A stretch of 64,000 nucleotides of DNA, taken from the NCBI GenBank assembly GCA_017428025.1, contig JAFRRO010000049.1, forward strand, positions 146,152 to 210,151, written 5' to 3'. Source of the stretch: Clostridia bacterium (GTDB lineage: Bacteria > Bacillota > Clostridia > Christensenellales > CAG-138). Under the pieces are notes generated by a model. It had not been told where the DNA came from. It worked only from the letters and a program-made list of their open reading frames with translations, and made no database searches. The translations under genes were made by a program, and so were the position numbers. Positions 44,777-54,636 of this stretch are shown here, one piece after another; positions within the stretch are counted from its first letter, which is position 1, and the number at the start of each line of letters is the position of its first letter.

Positions 44777-47452
44777 ATGGAAAAAAAGACGCCGAAACGG
44801 GTACATATCGGAAAAGAAACGCTGTTTACCAGAAACAAAACGAAAAAACCGTTTGTTCTGGATGTGTTGTTCTTATCCCTGAAACTTCTGCTGGTCGCCG
44901 TTCTGATTGTCGGCATGGCGGGGGCGGGGCTTGTTTACGGCGTGTTCAAAGTCTATATCGACACGACGCCGATGTTTGACGTCGCGCAGCTGACCAAGAG
45001 CGACCGGACCTCGTATCTGTTCGATATCAACGGACAGGAGATCATGCCGGTATCTTCGATCGAATACCGCGACTGGGTGGATCTCGAAGAAATCCCGGAA
45101 ATGCTGCGAAACGCGTTCATCTCCGTTGAGGACGTTCGGTTCTACAAGCACAGCGGCGTTGACTTCAAGCGCCTGTTTTCCGCAACGCTCGAAATCCTCG
45201 GCAACTCGAACTCGTCCGGCGGCAGCACGATCACGCAGCAATTGATCAAAAACAAGGTCCTCGGCGCCGAGCGCACCTACAAGCGCAAGATTCAGGAAGC
45301 GTTCCTTGCGCTGCAGTGCGAGAACGTCATGGAGAAGGACGATATTCTGGAAGCCTATCTCAACGATATCTATCTCGGCGGTTCCAACTACGGCGTCAAG
45401 ACGGCGGCAAAGGACTTTTTCGGCAAGGAGGTCAGCGAGCTGACGATCCGCGAATGCGCAATGATCGCAGGATTGACGCAGAATCCGTACCGGTACAATC
45501 CGCGTCTGAATTTCTACTGGGAGCGGTACGGCCGCGCATCGGACGCATACGAAAAGTACACCGTCGCGCGCACCAATACGGTCCTTTCCCGCATGTATGA
45601 AAACGGCAAGATCACGCGTGATCAGTATCTTGCCGCGCTTGACGAACAGGTATCCATCGTTGAGATTTCGGAGAATTCCAAGATGTACGACTATGCGTAT
45701 TTCGTCGAATACTGCATGGATGACGTCATCACGCACTGGCTTCAAAAAGACGGCGTGCCGAACACCTCACAGAACCGCGTTGCGTACGAAAACAAGCTGC
45801 GTACCGGCGGATACCGTATTTATACGACGCTCGATCCGTTTGTGCAGGAAACCGTACAGACCACCATTTCCACATGGGAGTCCTATCCGAACCTTGCGGA
45901 TATGAGCCAGAACGTCATCACTGAAACGCTGTCCGACAGCGTCACGATCGAAACGATCGAACCGCAGGCGGCGGCTGTCGTGATCGACCAGAAATCCGGC
46001 GAGATCCGTGCGATCGTCGGCGGACGCATGGAGCCGACCATCCGTCGCGGACTCAACCGTGCAACGCAGAGTTACGTCGAAGTCGGTTCTTCGATCAAGC
46101 CGCTGAGTATCTACGGTGCTACACTTGACAACGGCATTTCTCCCGCATCCGTCGTCGTCAATGCGGACGGCGCGATCGACGGATGGGGAGGGGAGAAGGG
46201 CTATCCGAGCGGCGGTCTGACGTCTTCGAAATACTACGGTCCCGTCACCGTGCGCACGGCGCTCAAACAGTCGCTCAACGTTTCCGCAGCAAGGCTTTTG
46301 TTCTCGAAGAACGTCGGAATCGAAACGTCCGTCGAATACCTCAAGAAATTCGGCATCAAAGAATCGCAGATCAACAAGGACGGTCCCGGTCTTGCGCTCG
46401 GTACGAGCGGCATCACGCCGCTGCAGATGTGCGCAGCCTACGCCGCCATTGCGAACAACGGATATTACAACGAACCGTTGACCTTTACGAAGGTCACCGA
46501 CAGCGAAGGCAATATCATCCTGAACGCGGACGTCATCCGCGGTTCTCAGACCAAGGTCTTTTCCGATTCTTCGACGGCATATCTACTCGTCGATCTGATG
46601 AAGGATGCGGTCAATTCCGGTACCGGCACCAAGGCGAAGATCGACGGATACGAAGTCGCCGGAAAGACCGGAACGAACTCCGATTACGCGAGCGTGTTCT
46701 TTGCCGGTATGACCTGCGAATACACCGCCGTCGTCTGGGTGGGGCACGATATGCCCGCAAACAAGCTCGAGAAGGGCTCGACCGGCGGAGATTATGCCGC
46801 GCCGCTTTGGCAAAGCTTTATGAGCAAGCTGATGGAGGGCAAGCCTTCGATGCCGATCATTTCCGAGACGCACGACACGCTCGGACTTCTGCAGCGCACC
46901 GTCTGTCCCGTATCCGGAAAGCTCGCGACGGAAGCGTGCGTCCATTATCAAAACACGGACAAGAAGTTCAAGCTTGTCACCGACTGGTTCAACTATTCGA
47001 ACGTGCCGACCGAAACGTGCGATATGCATGTCACGCTGTCGATCTGCAAAAAGTCCGGTTGCATCGCCTCCGAATACTGCAATCCGGACGATGTCGAGGA
47101 ACGAACGTTCGTGCTGCTTCGCCCCGGCAATCCGTTCTATCCGCTCGAAGACAAGGTTCTTGATAAAATCTTCGGCAGCACCTGGGTACGAACCGACAAG
47201 ACGGTAGCGCAGTACGTATCCGAATTCCCGGTTTGCACAGAGGACACGTCCTTCGAAACGCTGAAATCGCGCGGCAATACGCTGATCGGCATGGTACTGA
47301 CCTATATCGACGCGCACGAAGATTTCGATGCGGCGGAGCTTGAGGAGCTGATTGACGAGATGCAGGCAGCCGAGGATTACGACACCTATAAGCAGGCGTA
47401 CGACGCGCTGCTGTCCGCCTATAACCGCTTGATTTCTGAAAGCGACAACTAA
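44777..47452 (+). CDS. Class A penicillin-binding protein (PBP1A family; transglycosylase + transpeptidase)
   Basis: SVEDVRFYKHSGVD and GGSTITQQL GT51 motifs; SSIKP, SLN and KTGT transpeptidase motifs. Start at MEKKTPK. Confidence 0.9.
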   Translation: MEKKTPKRVHIGKETLFTRNKTKKPFVLDVLFLSLKLLLVAVLIVGMAGAGLVYGVFKVYIDTTPMFDVAQLTKSDRTSYLFDINGQEIMPVSSIEYRDWVDLEEIPEMLRNAFISVEDVRFYKHSGVDFKRLFSATLEILGNSNSSGGSTITQQLIKNKVLGAERTYKRKIQEAFLALQCENVMEKDDILEAYLNDIYLGGSNYGVKTAAKDFFGKEVSELTIRECAMIAGLTQNPYRYNPRLNFYWERYGRASDAYEKYTVARTNTVLSRMYENGKITRDQYLAALDEQVSIVEISENSKMYDYAYFVEYCMDDVITHWLQKDGVPNTSQNRVAYENKLRTGGYRIYTTLDPFVQETVQTTISTWESYPNLADMSQNVITETLSDSVTIETIEPQAAAVVIDQKSGEIRAIVGGRMEPTIRRGLNRATQSYVEVGSSIKPLSIYGATLDNGISPASVVVNADGAIDGWGGEKGYPSGGLTSSKYYGPVTVRTALKQSLNVSAARLLFSKNVGIETSVEYLKKFGIKESQINKDGPGLALGTSGITPLQMCAAYAAIANNGYYNEPLTFTKVTDSEGNIILNADVIRGSQTKVFSDSSTAYLLVDLMKDAVNSGTGTKAKIDGYEVAGKTGTNSDYASVFFAGMTCEYTAVVWVGHDMPANKLEKGSTGGDYAAPLWQSFMSKLMEGKPSMPIISETHDTLGLLQRTVCPVSGKLATEACVHYQNTDKKFKLVTDWFNYSNVPTETCDMHVTLSICKKSGCIASEYCNPDDVEERTFVLLRPGNPFYPLEDKVLDKIFGSTWVRTDKTVAQYVSEFPVCTEDTSFETLKSRGNTLIGMVLTYIDAHEDFDAAELEELIDEMQAAEDYDTYKQAYDALLSAYNRLISESDN

Positions 47453-47550
47453 TCGTGACAAAACAGTGAAAACAAGACGAATTTTGTGCGTTCGTCTTGT
47501 TTTTTGCGGTACGGTTGCATTATAATATTGGTATGAATGGAGGAATGACT

Positions 47551-48240
47551 ATGGCTATCAGAATTTTGATTTGTGACGATGAACCGGTTGTCCATGAATC
47601 GCTCCGCATTTATTTTGAAGCGGAAGGATATGAAGTCGTTGACGCCTATGACGGAGAGGAAGGTCTTTCCAAGATCGATTCTTCGATTTCTCTCTGTATT
47701 CTCGATATCATGATGCCGAAGAAAAGCGGTATTGAGGTTTGTCGCGAGATCCGCAAGGACTCGAATCTTCCGATCGTCATGCTGACGGCAAAGGGAGAGG
47801 AGATCGACCGCATTCTCGGGCTCGAGCTCGGCGCGGACGATTACATCGTAAAGCCGTTCAGCCCGCGCGAAGTCGTTGCGCGCGTCAAGGCGATCCTGCG
47901 CCGTGTCGAAACAAAGGAGCAGGTGAAAGACTCGAATACGATCTCGTACAACGGTCTGACGATCGATCTCAACAGCTATACCGTAACGCTGCGCGGCGAG
48001 CATATCATCTGCACGCCCAAGGAGATTGAAATCCTGTATATGCTCGCATCGAACCCCGGACAGGTGTTCACCCGCGATACGTTGCTTTCGCGCGTTTGGG
48101 GATACGATTTTGCCGGAGAGACAAGAACCGTCGATACGCACATCAAGCGTCTGCGCGCAAAGCTCGATTCGGAAGGTCTTGGCTGGAGCATCAAAACGAT
48201 TTACGGCGTCGGCTACAAGTTTGAATTAGAGAATCCGTAA
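47551..48240 (+). CDS. OmpR-family response regulator
   Basis: ILICDDEP..D..MPKKSG receiver domain and a winged-helix C-terminus (RTVDTHIKRLRAKL). SD GGAGGA. Confidence 0.9.
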   Translation: MAIRILICDDEPVVHESLRIYFEAEGYEVVDAYDGEEGLSKIDSSISLCILDIMMPKKSGIEVCREIRKDSNLPIVMLTAKGEEIDRILGLELGADDYIVKPFSPREVVARVKAILRRVETKEQVKDSNTISYNGLTIDLNSYTVTLRGEHIICTPKEIEILYMLASNPGQVFTRDTLLSRVWGYDFAGETRTVDTHIKRLRAKLDSEGLGWSIKTIYGVGYKFELENP

Positions 48241-48241
48241 C

Positions 48242-50074
48242 ATGAAGCGTAAAGGCGAAATATTTCGCAGAGCGTTTCTGATCTGCATCGTTCTTGTCAT
48301 CATCTGTATCATGCTGTTTCTTGCGGCATATACCTATTTCGGCAGAAGAACGTATGTTCTGTTGGAACGCGAACAATTGAATAAAACGGCGGACAGCGCG
48401 CAGGAGCTCTTTATGCGGCCTGCCGATCAGACGCTGTCGCGCACGACGTTTCTCGGGTATCTTGACGCCATATCCTACTCGAACGAAACGTTCTATATTC
48501 TGTTGTTCACAAACAACGACGACGGCAATTATTACTACAACACAAACATCGAAAACTATCAGGACAGCCCATATATCCAGGAGATTTACGAACGCGTGCT
48601 TTCCGGCGAAGCGATCGAACTGAACAATTTCAAAATCTCCGAGAGCAAGAATGCGATCTGCGCAGGCCGCCCGCTTTACCTTGAATCGGACAGTCAGCCG
48701 GTCGGCTGTTTCATCCTGATCAAGGAGATCTACAACGTCAACAGCGCATTCACACGGCTTTCACGCGCATTGTGGATTGTATCGTTCTGCCTGCTGCCGC
48801 TGATGATTCTGTCCGCTTACTTTGCGGTCAATCAGATGATGCATCCACTGTCAGAGATGACAAACGTCGCAAAGCAGCTGTCCAAAGGCAACTACGGCGT
48901 ACGCGCAAAGGAAGACTATCCCGGCGAACTCGGGCTGTTTGCCAGAACGCTGAACAACATGAGCAGCGCGCTGTCTTCGACGATTCAACAGCTGGAAAGC
49001 GAAAAACGGCAGCTCGGTTATATCCTGTCAAGTTTCAGCGACGGCGTTGCCGCGATCAACAAGCAGGGGGAACTGACGCACTACAATCCGGCGCTTATGA
49101 AGATGTTCGGCACGGTCGACATTCATTCGCCGATGGATCTTGTTCCGGATCGCTCGATCTGGGACGCCTTTGACGCCGTTGTGGACTCCGAAGAGCCGCG
49201 TGTATTCCACTACAATCTGCCCGGCGAGCGAACGCTGTGGATCACGATCGTTCCGGTGCTTTCCGATACGGACGGATGCGTCGGCGCGGTCGGCGTGTTT
49301 AAGGATGCGACGGAGATCGAAAAGCTCGAGAAGATGCGCAACGAATACATCGCCAACATCAGTCATGAGCTTCGCACGCCTTTGACGTCTCTGCGCGGTC
49401 TTTTGGAGCCGCTGTGCGACGGCATGGTCAAGAATCCCGAAACGCAGGAACGCTATCACATGATCATGCTGCACGAAGTCGAGCGTCTTTCCAGGCTGAT
49501 TACAGACATGCTGCAGCTCAGCCGTCTGCAGGCTGGCACCGAGACAATGGATATGACGATGTTCGACGTCAACGAGCTTCTTGAGGAAGTGATGCAAAGC
49601 TTCCAGTCGACCGCAAAGAAGCGCAACATCCGCATCGAACTCGAAACGCACGAAGACCTTTCACCGGTACTCAGCGATCGCGACCGCATCGAACAGGTGC
49701 TTGTGATTCTGATCGACAATGCGCTGCGTTACGCAAAAACGACGATCAAGCTGCGCGCAACCGACAATGCGCATGAGGTGATTATCGACGTCTGGGACGA
49801 CGGCATCGGTATTGCAAAAGAAAACCTGCCGCGCCTGTTCGAGCGCTTCTATAAGGTCGACAGCTCCCGAAAGGACGGCGGGACCGGTCTCGGACTGTCG
49901 ATCGCGAAAAAGATCATGGATCAGCTTGAGGAGCAGATCGAAGTGGACAGCGAGGAAGGGGAGTGGACCTGCTTCCGCTTTACGCTGAAAAAGTATGTCA
50001 GCAACGCGATTCCGCTGTCCTCCGTTCCGGACGTTGTGATTCCTTCTTCGGAACAGAATCCGAAAGAACCATAA
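48242..50074 (+). CDS. Sensor histidine kinase (2 TM, HAMP, PAS-like, HisKA, HATPase)
   Basis: H-box NISHELRTPLTS, N-box DNALRY, and G-boxes DDGIGI / GGTGLGLSI. Confidence 0.9.
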   Translation: MKRKGEIFRRAFLICIVLVIICIMLFLAAYTYFGRRTYVLLEREQLNKTADSAQELFMRPADQTLSRTTFLGYLDAISYSNETFYILLFTNNDDGNYYYNTNIENYQDSPYIQEIYERVLSGEAIELNNFKISESKNAICAGRPLYLESDSQPVGCFILIKEIYNVNSAFTRLSRALWIVSFCLLPLMILSAYFAVNQMMHPLSEMTNVAKQLSKGNYGVRAKEDYPGELGLFARTLNNMSSALSSTIQQLESEKRQLGYILSSFSDGVAAINKQGELTHYNPALMKMFGTVDIHSPMDLVPDRSIWDAFDAVVDSEEPRVFHYNLPGERTLWITIVPVLSDTDGCVGAVGVFKDATEIEKLEKMRNEYIANISHELRTPLTSLRGLLEPLCDGMVKNPETQERYHMIMLHEVERLSRLITDMLQLSRLQAGTETMDMTMFDVNELLEEVMQSFQSTAKKRNIRIELETHEDLSPVLSDRDRIEQVLVILIDNALRYAKTTIKLRATDNAHEVIIDVWDDGIGIAKENLPRLFERFYKVDSSRKDGGTGLGLSIAKKIMDQLEEQIEVDSEEGEWTCFRFTLKKYVSNAIPLSSVPDVVIPSSEQNPKEP

Positions 50075-50135
50075 AAACAGGAATACATAGAGACCTCTTT
50101 GCGTACTTTTCAACAAACGCAAGGAGGTTTTTTCT

Positions 50136-51020
50136 ATGGAACATCGCAGCAATTCACATCCATATACCGTTCGCATGAAGAAGAAAAGCATGACGGCAAC
50201 GGTCATTGTCGTTCTGTTGTCTATCGTACTGATCGCGGGAATCATCGCATTCTCACCGATCGGAGATTACCTGTCGGAACACGTATTTAATCCCATGGTT
50301 TCGGTCTTTACGAAAAAGCAGAAAGCGGACGCGGATATCGTTTCCGCTTTGAAAAGTCAGGAAGCTTCAGCGGCGCCGACGACGGTTCCGACGCCGGTGC
50401 AGAACAGCTTTACGATCGTGGAGACGCCGTTCTATCTGCTGCAGATGGGCGTATTCACCGAACAGGCGCAGGCGGAGGAACATGCGCAGAAGCTGCGTTC
50501 GATGGGCGGCGCCGGTATGGTCTACCAAGACGGTGAGGTGTATCGCGTATTTGCTGCCGCTTATCGGGATGAAGCAAGTCTCAAGAAGGTGCAGTCGCAG
50601 GTTCGAACGGACGGATTTGAAGCCACTCCGTATATCAGTGAACAGAAATCCGTTCATATTACACTGAAAGGCGATCGAACGGCTTTGAATACAATCGAAC
50701 AGGCGATTATTCTTCTGACCGAGGTTCCGAACACGCTTTCCGATCTGAGCCTGTCGCTCGATAAGGAAACCGTCGACGGAGCAGAGTACCGTCAGTCGCT
50801 GAACGAGTTGTCCGACCGGATTTCTGAGCTTCTGAATCAGTTTCAGACGTTTCCGTCGGACAGCATCAAACCGTTTCAGACGATTCTCGAAAAATACCGA
50901 AATCGTATCTCGACATTTCTGCGGGAACATGATACGATAACAAAGATGAATGCATCCGAATGCAAACTGCTGCAAATCGAGTGCATCACAGATTATATAT
51001 TATTTTTCGAACAGGAATAG
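50136..51020 (+). CDS. Membrane-anchored SPOR-domain protein
   Basis: N-terminal TM segment, then FYLLQMGVFTEQAQAEEHAQKLRSMGGAGMVYQDGEVYRVFAAAYRDEASLKKV, a SPOR-like repeat. Confidence 0.6.
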   Translation: MEHRSNSHPYTVRMKKKSMTATVIVVLLSIVLIAGIIAFSPIGDYLSEHVFNPMVSVFTKKQKADADIVSALKSQEASAAPTTVPTPVQNSFTIVETPFYLLQMGVFTEQAQAEEHAQKLRSMGGAGMVYQDGEVYRVFAAAYRDEASLKKVQSQVRTDGFEATPYISEQKSVHITLKGDRTALNTIEQAIILLTEVPNTLSDLSLSLDKETVDGAEYRQSLNELSDRISELLNQFQTFPSDSIKPFQTILEKYRNRISTFLREHDTITKMNASECKLLQIECITDYILFFEQE

Positions 51021-51023
51021 CGA

Positions 51024-51476
51024 ATGGACCACGTAACGATCTATACGGACGGCGCATGCTCACACAATCCCGGACCGGGCGGCTGGGGTTGTGTGCTGCT
51101 GTACAAAACGCATCGCAAGGAAGCAAGCGGCAGCGAACCCGATACGACGAACAATCGCATGGAACTGACGGCGGCGATCGAAGCGCTGCGGCTGCTCAAA
51201 CGCAGCTGTTTTGTCGATCTGTATACGGACAGCGCGTATCTGTATCAGGCGTTCGAAAAATGCTGGCTCAGAAACTGGAAATCAAACGGCTGGAAAACGT
51301 CGAACCGCAAGGACGTCGAGAACCGCGATCTTTGGGAACAGCTCGATGCGTTGTGCATTACGCACACCGTAACATTTCATAAAGTCAAAGGACATTCCGA
51401 CAACGAAGAAAACAACAAATGCGATTTGCTTGCAAGAAACGCAATCAAAGAACTGCTGAATCGATCGGAAGCCTGA
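51024..51476 (+). CDS. rnhA: Ribonuclease HI
   Basis: IYTDGACSHNPGPGGWG..TNNRMELTAAIEAL..DSAY..KGHSDNEENNKCDLLA DEDD motifs. Confidence 0.9.
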   Translation: MDHVTIYTDGACSHNPGPGGWGCVLLYKTHRKEASGSEPDTTNNRMELTAAIEALRLLKRSCFVDLYTDSAYLYQAFEKCWLRNWKSNGWKTSNRKDVENRDLWEQLDALCITHTVTFHKVKGHSDNEENNKCDLLARNAIKELLNRSEA

Positions 51477-51482
51477 ACAAAC

Positions 51483-51512
51483 AGCCGCGTGAACAGAATC
51501 ACGCGGCTTTTC
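51483..51512 (+). terminator. Intrinsic terminator of rnhA
   Basis: agccgcgtga-acagaa-tcacgcggct-tttcctt. Confidence 0.75.
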
Positions 51513-51556
51513 CTTAAAACGCGCAAAACGACCGGATTTGTATCATTTTTGTTAAT

Positions 51557-51590
51557 AACTATTCGTTAAACTTGTCTTTAACGAATAGTT
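51557..51590. promoter_or_regulatory. Perfect 14-bp inverted repeat overlapping the recombinase promoter (candidate operator)
   Basis: AACTATTCGTTAAA-cttgtc-TTTAACGAATAGTT. The putative promoter TTGTCT-17-TAAAAT (51572-51600) is embedded in it. Confidence 0.5.
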
Positions 51591-51646
51591 GTGCTAAAAT
51601 CAGTTCCGTACAAAGATTTCATTCCCTGCCGGATCCGGAGGTTTTT

Positions 51647-52738
51647 ATGGGCGAATATCAAACGCAGAAAAAGCTTGACTACACCGCTCGATTCCGAAAT
51701 GTTCTGTCCGAACTGCCGGATTTTTGCGTTTTGTATTTCAGAGCCGTCGAACCTACGACGTCGATCCTGACGCGACACGGATATGCAATCGATCTGCGCA
51801 GTTTTTTCAAATTCCTGACGTCCGGTCAGATCGATGCGTTTGCCGGAAAAACCGTCAAAGATCTGAAGCTTTCCGATCTGCAGCTCCTCCGTTCCTTCGA
51901 CATCGAATCCTATTTGGAGTACATCTCCATGTACCGTCAGGAAGACGGCGCGAAGATCGTCGAAAACAACGAACGTGCAAAAGCAAGGAAGCTGTCGGCA
52001 ATCCGTGCATTGTTTAAGTTTCTTTATAAGAAATCGCTGATCGATACCAATTGCGCCGCTCTGGTCGATACGCCGAAACTGCACGAAAAAGCAATCATAC
52101 GTCTTGATGCAAACGAAGTTGCCGATCTTTTGGACACAACCGAGCAAGGGACCGGCATGACGAAGAATCAGCGCTATTTCCACGACGCAACCAAAGTCCG
52201 CGACGTTGCGATCCTCTCCCTTTTCCTCGGCACCGGCATTCGTATTTCCGAGCTTGTCGGGCTTGACATCAACGACATCGACTTTACGAAGAATCAGTTT
52301 GTCGTCACGCGCAAAGGCGGCAATCAGGAAACGCTCGCGTTCGGTCCGGAGGTGCAGACGGCACTTTTGGCGTATCTTGATGAACGAAAGGACATCATTC
52401 CCCTTTCCGGAAGCGAAACGGCTTTCTTTCTCTCGCTGCAGCGAAAGCGCATCACACCGCGCGCCGTCGAAAACCTTGTGAAAAAGTATGCTAAGCTTAC
52501 AACACCTCTAAAGAAGATCACGCCGCACAAGCTGCGCAGCACCTACGGCACGATGCTCTATCAGGAAAGCGGCGATATCTACCTTGTTGCAGATGTACTT
52601 GGTCACAAGGACGTCAACACCACGCGCAAGCATTATGCCGCCATGACCGAGGATAAAAGCCGCCAGGCAGCGAAGTATATCAAGCTTCGCGAGGAGAATG
52701 CAGCGTTCGTCGATCCGAAAGATTCTCTCAAATCGTAA
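51647..52738 (+). CDS. Tyrosine recombinase, XerC/XerD-like
   Basis: R..HKLRST..GH..TTRKHY catalytic signature and an N-terminal SAM-like core-binding domain. Start MGEYQTQ with SD GGAGG. Confidence 0.8.
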   Translation: MGEYQTQKKLDYTARFRNVLSELPDFCVLYFRAVEPTTSILTRHGYAIDLRSFFKFLTSGQIDAFAGKTVKDLKLSDLQLLRSFDIESYLEYISMYRQEDGAKIVENNERAKARKLSAIRALFKFLYKKSLIDTNCAALVDTPKLHEKAIIRLDANEVADLLDTTEQGTGMTKNQRYFHDATKVRDVAILSLFLGTGIRISELVGLDINDIDFTKNQFVVTRKGGNQETLAFGPEVQTALLAYLDERKDIIPLSGSETAFFLSLQRKRITPRAVENLVKKYAKLTTPLKKITPHKLRSTYGTMLYQESGDIYLVADVLGHKDVNTTRKHYAAMTEDKSRQAAKYIKLREENAAFVDPKDSLKS

Positions 52739-52744
52739 AATATC

Positions 52745-52758
52745 CGAACAAATGTTTG
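52745..52758 (+). promoter_or_regulatory. LexA (Cheo/SOS) box overlapping the lexA -35
   Basis: CGAACAAATGTTTG matches the Gram-positive consensus CGAAC-N4-GTTCG at 13 of 14 positions. Promoter TTGCAT-17-TATACT at 52756-52784. Confidence 0.75.
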
Positions 52759-52803
52759 CATTTTGGAGAGCACTGTGTTATACTTGCTTTGAGGTGGTTG
52801 CTT

Positions 52804-53418
52804 ATGACAAAACTCAGCGATGCGCAAAACGTCATCTATCAATTCATTTTATCGGAGCAGAAAAAGAACGGTTTCCCGCCGACGGTGCGTGAGATTTGTG
52901 AAGGCGTCGGCCTGCACTCTCCCTCCTCCGTCCACCGGTATCTCCGGATTCTGACCGAGCAGGGCTACCTCGTCGGCGATCCCAACAAGAAGCGCGCCTA
53001 TGCCGTTGCGGAGCCGTCCGTGCCGGATGCGGAGATCGTCCCTCTGCTCGGCAAGGTCGCCGCAGGCGTTCCGATCACCTCATATGAAAACAGAGAGGAT
53101 GCGTTTGCAATCCCCTCCCTCCTTTTGCATCGCTCGCACGGCGACAGCGCCTTTATGCTGCGTGTCGACGGCGAAAGCATGCGCGACGCCGGTATTCGCG
53201 ACCGGGACATTATCGTTGTCGAACAGGGCTTAACGCCGGTCGACGGCAGTATCGTCGTGGCGCGTGTCGACGGCGAAGACGTCACCGTCAAGCGCATCTT
53301 CCAAACCGGAAACACCGTCGAACTCCGTCCGGAAAACGATGCCTTTCAACCGATGTTCTTCCCTTCGGACCGTGTGGAGATTCTCGGCTGCGTCACCGGT
53401 TTAATGCGCAGCTATTAA
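52804..53418 (+). CDS. lexA: LexA repressor
   Basis: N-terminal wHTH (GFPPTVREICEGVGLHSPSSV), AG cleavage region (KVAAGVP), and S..K peptidase motifs (GESM..VKR). Confidence 0.9.
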   Translation: MTKLSDAQNVIYQFILSEQKKNGFPPTVREICEGVGLHSPSSVHRYLRILTEQGYLVGDPNKKRAYAVAEPSVPDAEIVPLLGKVAAGVPITSYENREDAFAIPSLLLHRSHGDSAFMLRVDGESMRDAGIRDRDIIVVEQGLTPVDGSIVVARVDGEDVTVKRIFQTGNTVELRPENDAFQPMFFPSDRVEILGCVTGLMRSY

Positions 53419-54636
53419 GGCGTTCAGCACCGTCTTTGCCGCAATCACGGCGTGTTCATAGGTCAACGCTCCCTGCATATACCCGATATACGGCTCGCGG
53501 ATCGGCGCATCGGCGGATAATTCTGTTGTTGCGCCCTGTACAAACGCGCCAGCAGCCATGATGACCGGATCGGAATACCCCGGCATATCCCACGGTTCCG
53601 GCACGACAAAGCTGTCGATCGGCGCGGACGCCTGTACCGCTTTCATAAACGAAATCAAATCCTCTTTCGTATCGAACATTACCGACTGGATGATGTCGCT
53701 TCTTTGATCCTCCACCTTCGGCATCGTCCGATACCCGAGAGATTCGAACAGCGCGGCAAACAGCAGCGCGCTTTTCATGCATTGCGCAACGGTATGCGGC
53801 GCAAGGAACAATCCCTCATAGAACGGGCGGTATGACGCCGCATAGGAGCCGATCTCGCGTCCGCAGCCGGGAACGGTCTGCCGGAACGAAACGGCTTCGA
53901 TCAGATCCTTTCTGCCTGCGATGTATCCGCCGGTCGGCGCGATCCCGCCGCCGCAGTTCTTGATCAGGCTTCCTGCAATGAGGTCCGCCCCGACGGCTGT
54001 CGGTTCGGTCTCCTCGGTGAACTCGCCGTAGCAGTTGTCGACAAACACGATTAGATCCGGACGAATTGCGCGCACAAACGCGATCGCATCTTTGATTTGC
54101 GCGATTGTGAGCGCATTTCTCCATGCGTACCCTCTGGAGCGCTGCAAATATACCATGCGAACGGAGGGATCCTTTTTCAAATGCTCCTCCGCTGCATTAC
54201 GATCGATCGAATCATTCTGAAACGGTACGGATACGAAGCGGATTCCGAAACGCGTCAGCGCATTCGGAAGATCGCCGTTGAGACCGATGGCGCTTTCCAG
54301 CGTGTCATACGGCGTTCCGGTCAAAGACAGCACGGTATCGCCCGGTTCGAGCGTTCCCGCAAGCGCCAGAAAGATCGCATGCGTACCGTTCGCAATCTGC
54401 GGACGCACCAAAGCGTCTTCCGCGCAAAGCGACTCGGCAAACACCCTGTCGAGCGCGTCGCGTCCGGTATCGTCATAGCCGTATCCTTCGGTCGGCGCAA
54501 AGTGCCGCGCGGAGATACGGTTGGACTGAAATGCCCGAAGAACGCGCTCCGTGGTTATTCTTGCAATGTTGTCGACGTTTTGAAACGCGGCTGCGCACCG
54601 CAGTTCGGCTGCCCGGATTCGTTCATTGATGTTCAT
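53401..54636 (-). CDS. Methionine gamma-lyase-family / YnbB-like PLP protein (so-called aluminium resistance protein)
   Basis: Start MNINERIRAAE. ..TEGYGYDDTGRDALD.. N-terminal pattern of PF06838-type proteins. Follows miaA. Confidence 0.65.
   Translation of the reverse strand: MNINERIRAAELRCAAAFQNVDNIARITTERVLRAFQSNRISARHFAPTEGYGYDDTGRDALDRVFAESLCAEDALVRPQIANGTHAIFLALAGTLEPGDTVLSLTGTPYDTLESAIGLNGDLPNALTRFGIRFVSVPFQNDSIDRNAAEEHLKKDPSVRMVYLQRSRGYAWRNALTIAQIKDAIAFVRAIRPDLIVFVDNCYGEFTEETEPTAVGADLIAGSLIKNCGGGIAPTGGYIAGRKDLIEAVSFRQTVPGCGREIGSYAASYRPFYEGLFLAPHTVAQCMKSALLFAALFESLGYRTMPKVEDQRSDIIQSVMFDTKEDLISFMKAVQASAPIDSFVVPEPWDMPGYSDPVIMAAGAFVQGATTELSADAPIREPYIGYMQGALTYEHAVIAAKTVLNALIAAH

Noticed and set aside
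51647-52738. Tyrosine recombinase as marker of an integrated mobile element or prophage
   Set aside because: There are no flanking phage, conjugation or transposition genes, no tRNA-adjacent att-like direct repeats and no compositional break. The position next to lexA and rnhA looks chromosomal (Xer-like).
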